The notes below the pieces were generated by a model, which saw nothing but the letters and a program-made list of their open reading frames with translations, was not told the origin of the DNA and made no database searches. The position numbers and the translations under genes are program-made. A DNA stretch of 51,298 nucleotides, filler included, from Dirinaria sp. TL-2023a (lineage: Eukaryota): assembly GCA_051941275.1 (NCBI GenBank). It is 3 parts of 3 records of this genome, joined end to end, with 100 filler letters (N's around TTAATTAATTAA, not from the genome) between each part and the next. Parts side by side here need not be neighbours in the genome. Positions count along the whole stretch, not along the records: positions 34,293 to 51,298 come from JAVEBF010000458.1; 2 more parts are not named here. The stretch is one strand, 5' to 3'. Positions 48,604-51,298 of the stretch are shown here, one piece after another (position 1 is the first letter of the stretch; the number at the start of each line of letters is the position of its first letter).

Positions 48604-50091
48604 ATGCAGAAGACGCAGATACCATCAGCGTTGGTGCGATGTAGACATATAGGCTTCAGAGATAGGCCGACGGACAGGGTCCTAATAACATGTCGCTCAT
48701 TTCATCGCTCATCTCATCAACCCGCTTCTCAAGCTGGACAAGGTCAAGATGCCAGCACCAATCCAAACACGCAAAGAACAGGTAACGACTCGAAGTCATC
48801 GTCTTCGTCCTCCTCCTCCTCAGGTCTCCGACCTCCCCGCCCGCCAAACCAGCCTACAGGAATCGAGCGTGCCTTTGATCGACTGAGCCGAGATTCCAAA
48901 CCTTTCTTCAAATATTCCAAAGAAAGGCCTTCCAAGCCTCCGAGACCGGCTCCACCGAACGTCATCGACGTTCGCTCCTTAGCCGCCCTCCCCTCAGACG
49001 TCCAGGAGCGGCTGGCCATCCGTAAGGTCGCGACGCATAAGGCTTTTAAGCGTGAGAGCAATAGATCGAGATATGGGTCCGGATCTCAAGACCAAGAGAA
49101 AGTTCGTAGTGAGGATCCGCCAGAGCCTCTGAGCCGCGGTTTCAAGATCCGCCCCATAAGAAGCGGTGACCGCGAGGGGTCCGAATCTCAAGACCGAAAG
49201 ATTGTTCGTTGGGTGGACCTGCCCGAGTCTTTGAAGCGTGGGACCGAAATACGGAAAATTGAGTCCGGATCTCAAGACCAAGACATTGTTCGTAGGGTGG
49301 ATCAGCTCAAGCCTCTGAGCGGTGGGTTCAGGATCCGCACCTTCGGTGTCGGTGACGGTGAGGGGGGTCGCAATCCAGGCGTTCAGCTGCCGCGGGGCGG
49401 CCGTCCCTTGAGAGAGAGCCGCGGTGCCCATCTGTCCGGGGAACCGAAACCGCGGAAAAACAAAGCTCGCGACGGTTTTCGAAGAGCGGTCCCGCTCGAA
49501 GAGATGACCCTTTCCAGCAGTCTCCAAGGTCTGAAATCGAAAAACGATGTCTTGAAAGCGATGAAAGAGTTGGAGAATCCCGAGGTGGCGACATACCAGC
49601 CCTCGGAGGTTACGTTGGAGTCACTGCAAGGGAATGGGCCGGCGATACCGCTGACCGAGTGGGGCATGACTGAAGTGGTGGAGGAGTGGGTTGATAAGAT
49701 TTCCAAGGCAAGCACCAGGCGGCGTGAAGTTACAGAGCAGAGGGCGAAGAAATTGAAGAAGGGCGATTTTGTACCGTTTGGGAACAAGGGGATCAGGGAA
49801 CAGGTGACGGATGCCGCTAAGGACGGGATCGGGGAGATGAGCGAAGAGGAGCAAGCAGCTGCGGCAGGGAGGTTGAGGGAGATATTCGGAAACAAATTTG
49901 CAGAGAAGGTATTCAAGGGCTCGTATGTGTTCGATGCGAGGGGAACCGCCAGTATTAAGGAATCGCTCGCCAGCCAGACCACGCGCAATGCGAGTCTTCT
50001 ACCTCAAGACAGGGAATCACTGGTTGGGAAGGTGAGGGCGATTCTGCCACCTGCAAATTCCGGTGGGTCGCAGACAGCAGCGAAGGCTTGA
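48604..50091 (+). CDS. 495-aa probable mitochondrial protein with internal tandem repeat; possibly an mS46/Rsm28-like mitoribosomal protein (weak)
   Basis: Long ORF with an Arg-rich presequence ending RSFHRSS. The C-terminal region includes YQPSEVTLESLQGNGPA and RNASLLPQDRESLVGKVRAILP. The family guess is from memory only. Confidence 0.6.
   Translation: MQKTQIPSALVRCRHIGFRDRPTDRVLITCRSFHRSSHQPASQAGQGQDASTNPNTQRTGNDSKSSSSSSSSSGLRPPRPPNQPTGIERAFDRLSRDSKPFFKYSKERPSKPPRPAPPNVIDVRSLAALPSDVQERLAIRKVATHKAFKRESNRSRYGSGSQDQEKVRSEDPPEPLSRGFKIRPIRSGDREGSESQDRKIVRWVDLPESLKRGTEIRKIESGSQDQDIVRRVDQLKPLSGGFRIRTFGVGDGEGGRNPGVQLPRGGRPLRESRGAHLSGEPKPRKNKARDGFRRAVPLEEMTLSSSLQGLKSKNDVLKAMKELENPEVATYQPSEVTLESLQGNGPAIPLTEWGMTEVVEEWVDKISKASTRRREVTEQRAKKLKKGDFVPFGNKGIREQVTDAAKDGIGEMSEEEQAAAAGRLREIFGNKFAEKVFKGSYVFDARGTASIKESLASQTTRNASLLPQDRESLVGKVRAILPPANSGGSQTAAKA
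49075..49362 (+). repeat. Three degenerate in-frame tandem repeats (102, 84, 102 nt)
   Basis: Units begin g(g/a)gtccg(g/a)atctcaagacc at 49075, 49177 and 49261. Confidence 0.85.
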
Positions 50092-50686
50092 GCAGGCGCA
50101 ACTATGGTAGCGCTCGTATAAACATGCATCTTTCCAACCCTTGCACTGTACAATCGTGTCTAAATGCCCTGCACCCGATTGCTTAGCCCCTTTTTAACGG
50201 TACCGTGGATCAATTGTGGGTACGAAAATAACCCAGAGAATGTGTTGACAAAAGTAGGCTTTACTTGCCCGTTTTTGTAGCTAAAAGTATTGGCCCCTGC
50301 TATTCGGACTGATCTCTATGACCTAAGGCGATTAAGCATCCTAAAGCCAGTCAGTACCTTTCTTCAGCAGCAAAGCACGACGAGTAAAGGTGTAGACTAA
50401 TAGAAGTTCAGAGAGAAGATTATGCATTCGCCATGTCCCACTAGACTTCCTCATCAGCGGCTTTTAGCCCTAGACTGAAAACCGGCCGAAGAGCGTGTGA
50501 GGTCTAGCAGGAAAGTCCGTCTAAGGATGACGATAAATGGTTTTCATCATGGAAGGGGACGGGGAGACGGACACCGAGGTTGTGAAATGCAGGTACTCAC
50601 ACACCTTGGCAGTCTTAACGACGGCTAAGAATCTGCTGGACATTGCTCGCAGACAAGCCGCGAAGTGGAAAAGGAGACGAGGCCAT

Positions 50687-51298
50687 TCAGGATCCACCTA
50701 TGACTGGCCACCAAATCTTTCTCCCTTCCACTACAGGGCTCGGCTCTGTTTTGGTAGAACCCACACCAAAGGGTTCCGCTGTATCCTCATAACTAACTCT
50801 TGTGCGCCCATTTGTTCCATCGGCATCTACTTGATGTAGGGCGTTGACACCGCTAGGACTTTCTTCCTCCCCATAATCGAGCACCGTGTTATCCATAGTG
50901 ACCTCGTCCATTTCCCGAGCGATCCTCCGCGCAGTAGGTGGCCGCCCACGCTCATCAACACCTTCAGCGGTATATCTTTTCCGCTTGCTCTTCTTCGCAG
51001 CCTGGACTCGCAGTTCACGCTGTTCGCTCTCGAGGAACCGCGCGTACTCCTCTTCGTCGTCGCTATCGCCTCCAATGGTATCCTCCAATGGCCCCTTTAT
51101 TTCGCTATCCCCTGCAATACCGGTCACATGCTTATTCAATTGATCTTCTTGGGCTTCAGCTCCGGGTCCAGCATCTGCTTTTTCTTGCTCTCGTTGACGT
51201 TCGCGGAGCAAGCTGTAGATCTCGCTGTGCCTGAACATGGCGACTTGATCATCCGTCAGGGTACGTTTGACGCCATCTGGATAGTAGCCGAGGCCGTC
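50687..51298 (-). CDS. DUF3807-like conserved fungal protein, 5'-partial
   Basis: Open from the window edge: DGLGYYPDGVKRTLTDDQVAMFRHSEIYSLLRER, ending GRKIWWPVIGGS*. Confidence 0.75.
   Translation of the reverse strand, partial: DGLGYYPDGVKRTLTDDQVAMFRHSEIYSLLRERQREQEKADAGPGAEAQEDQLNKHVTGIAGDSEIKGPLEDTIGGDSDDEEEYARFLESEQRELRVQAAKKSKRKRYTAEGVDERGRPPTARRIAREMDEVTMDNTVLDYGEEESPSGVNALHQVDADGTNGRTRVSYEDTAEPFGVGSTKTEPSPVVEGRKIWWPVIGGS

Overview
Gene-dense, intron-containing genomic DNA from a filamentous ascomycete (Pezizomycotina). It has short GT-AG introns with CTRAC branch sites and fungal-type proteins. Two 100-nt scaffold gaps carry an artificial TTAATTAATTAA linker. I built about 25 gene models by eye, mostly housekeeping: BST1 3' end, IRC3, RRN5, RSC8/SSR2, ETF-alpha, a Zn2Cys6 factor, RSM26-like, ornithine decarboxylase, a METTL21-type methyltransferase, MSM1, NXT1, RPL38, TVP23, G6PD, TAF2, SAS4, YPT35 and CDC26. 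The most interesting signals are five. (1) The AUG-free ODC leader contains a degenerate 47-nt tandem triplication that puts ACG codons in all three frames, each opening a uORF that ends in Pro-stop. (2) A divergent but intact G6PD has the NADP-specificity motif GYAR replaced by GFDL and an eroded structural-NADP site, making it a candidate NAD-preferring enzyme. (3) A secreted AA7/BBE-like flavoprotein keeps both covalent-FAD ligands but appears to have lost the Tyr/Asp catalytic pair. (4) Next to it lies a frameshifted pseudogene of a Cys-rich secreted protein. (5) A 5-exon, 87-aa membrane microprotein with a 13-nt microexon is invisible to the ORF track. All family assignments come from motif recall, not database searches. 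No tRNA, rRNA, CRISPR array or transposon was recognised.
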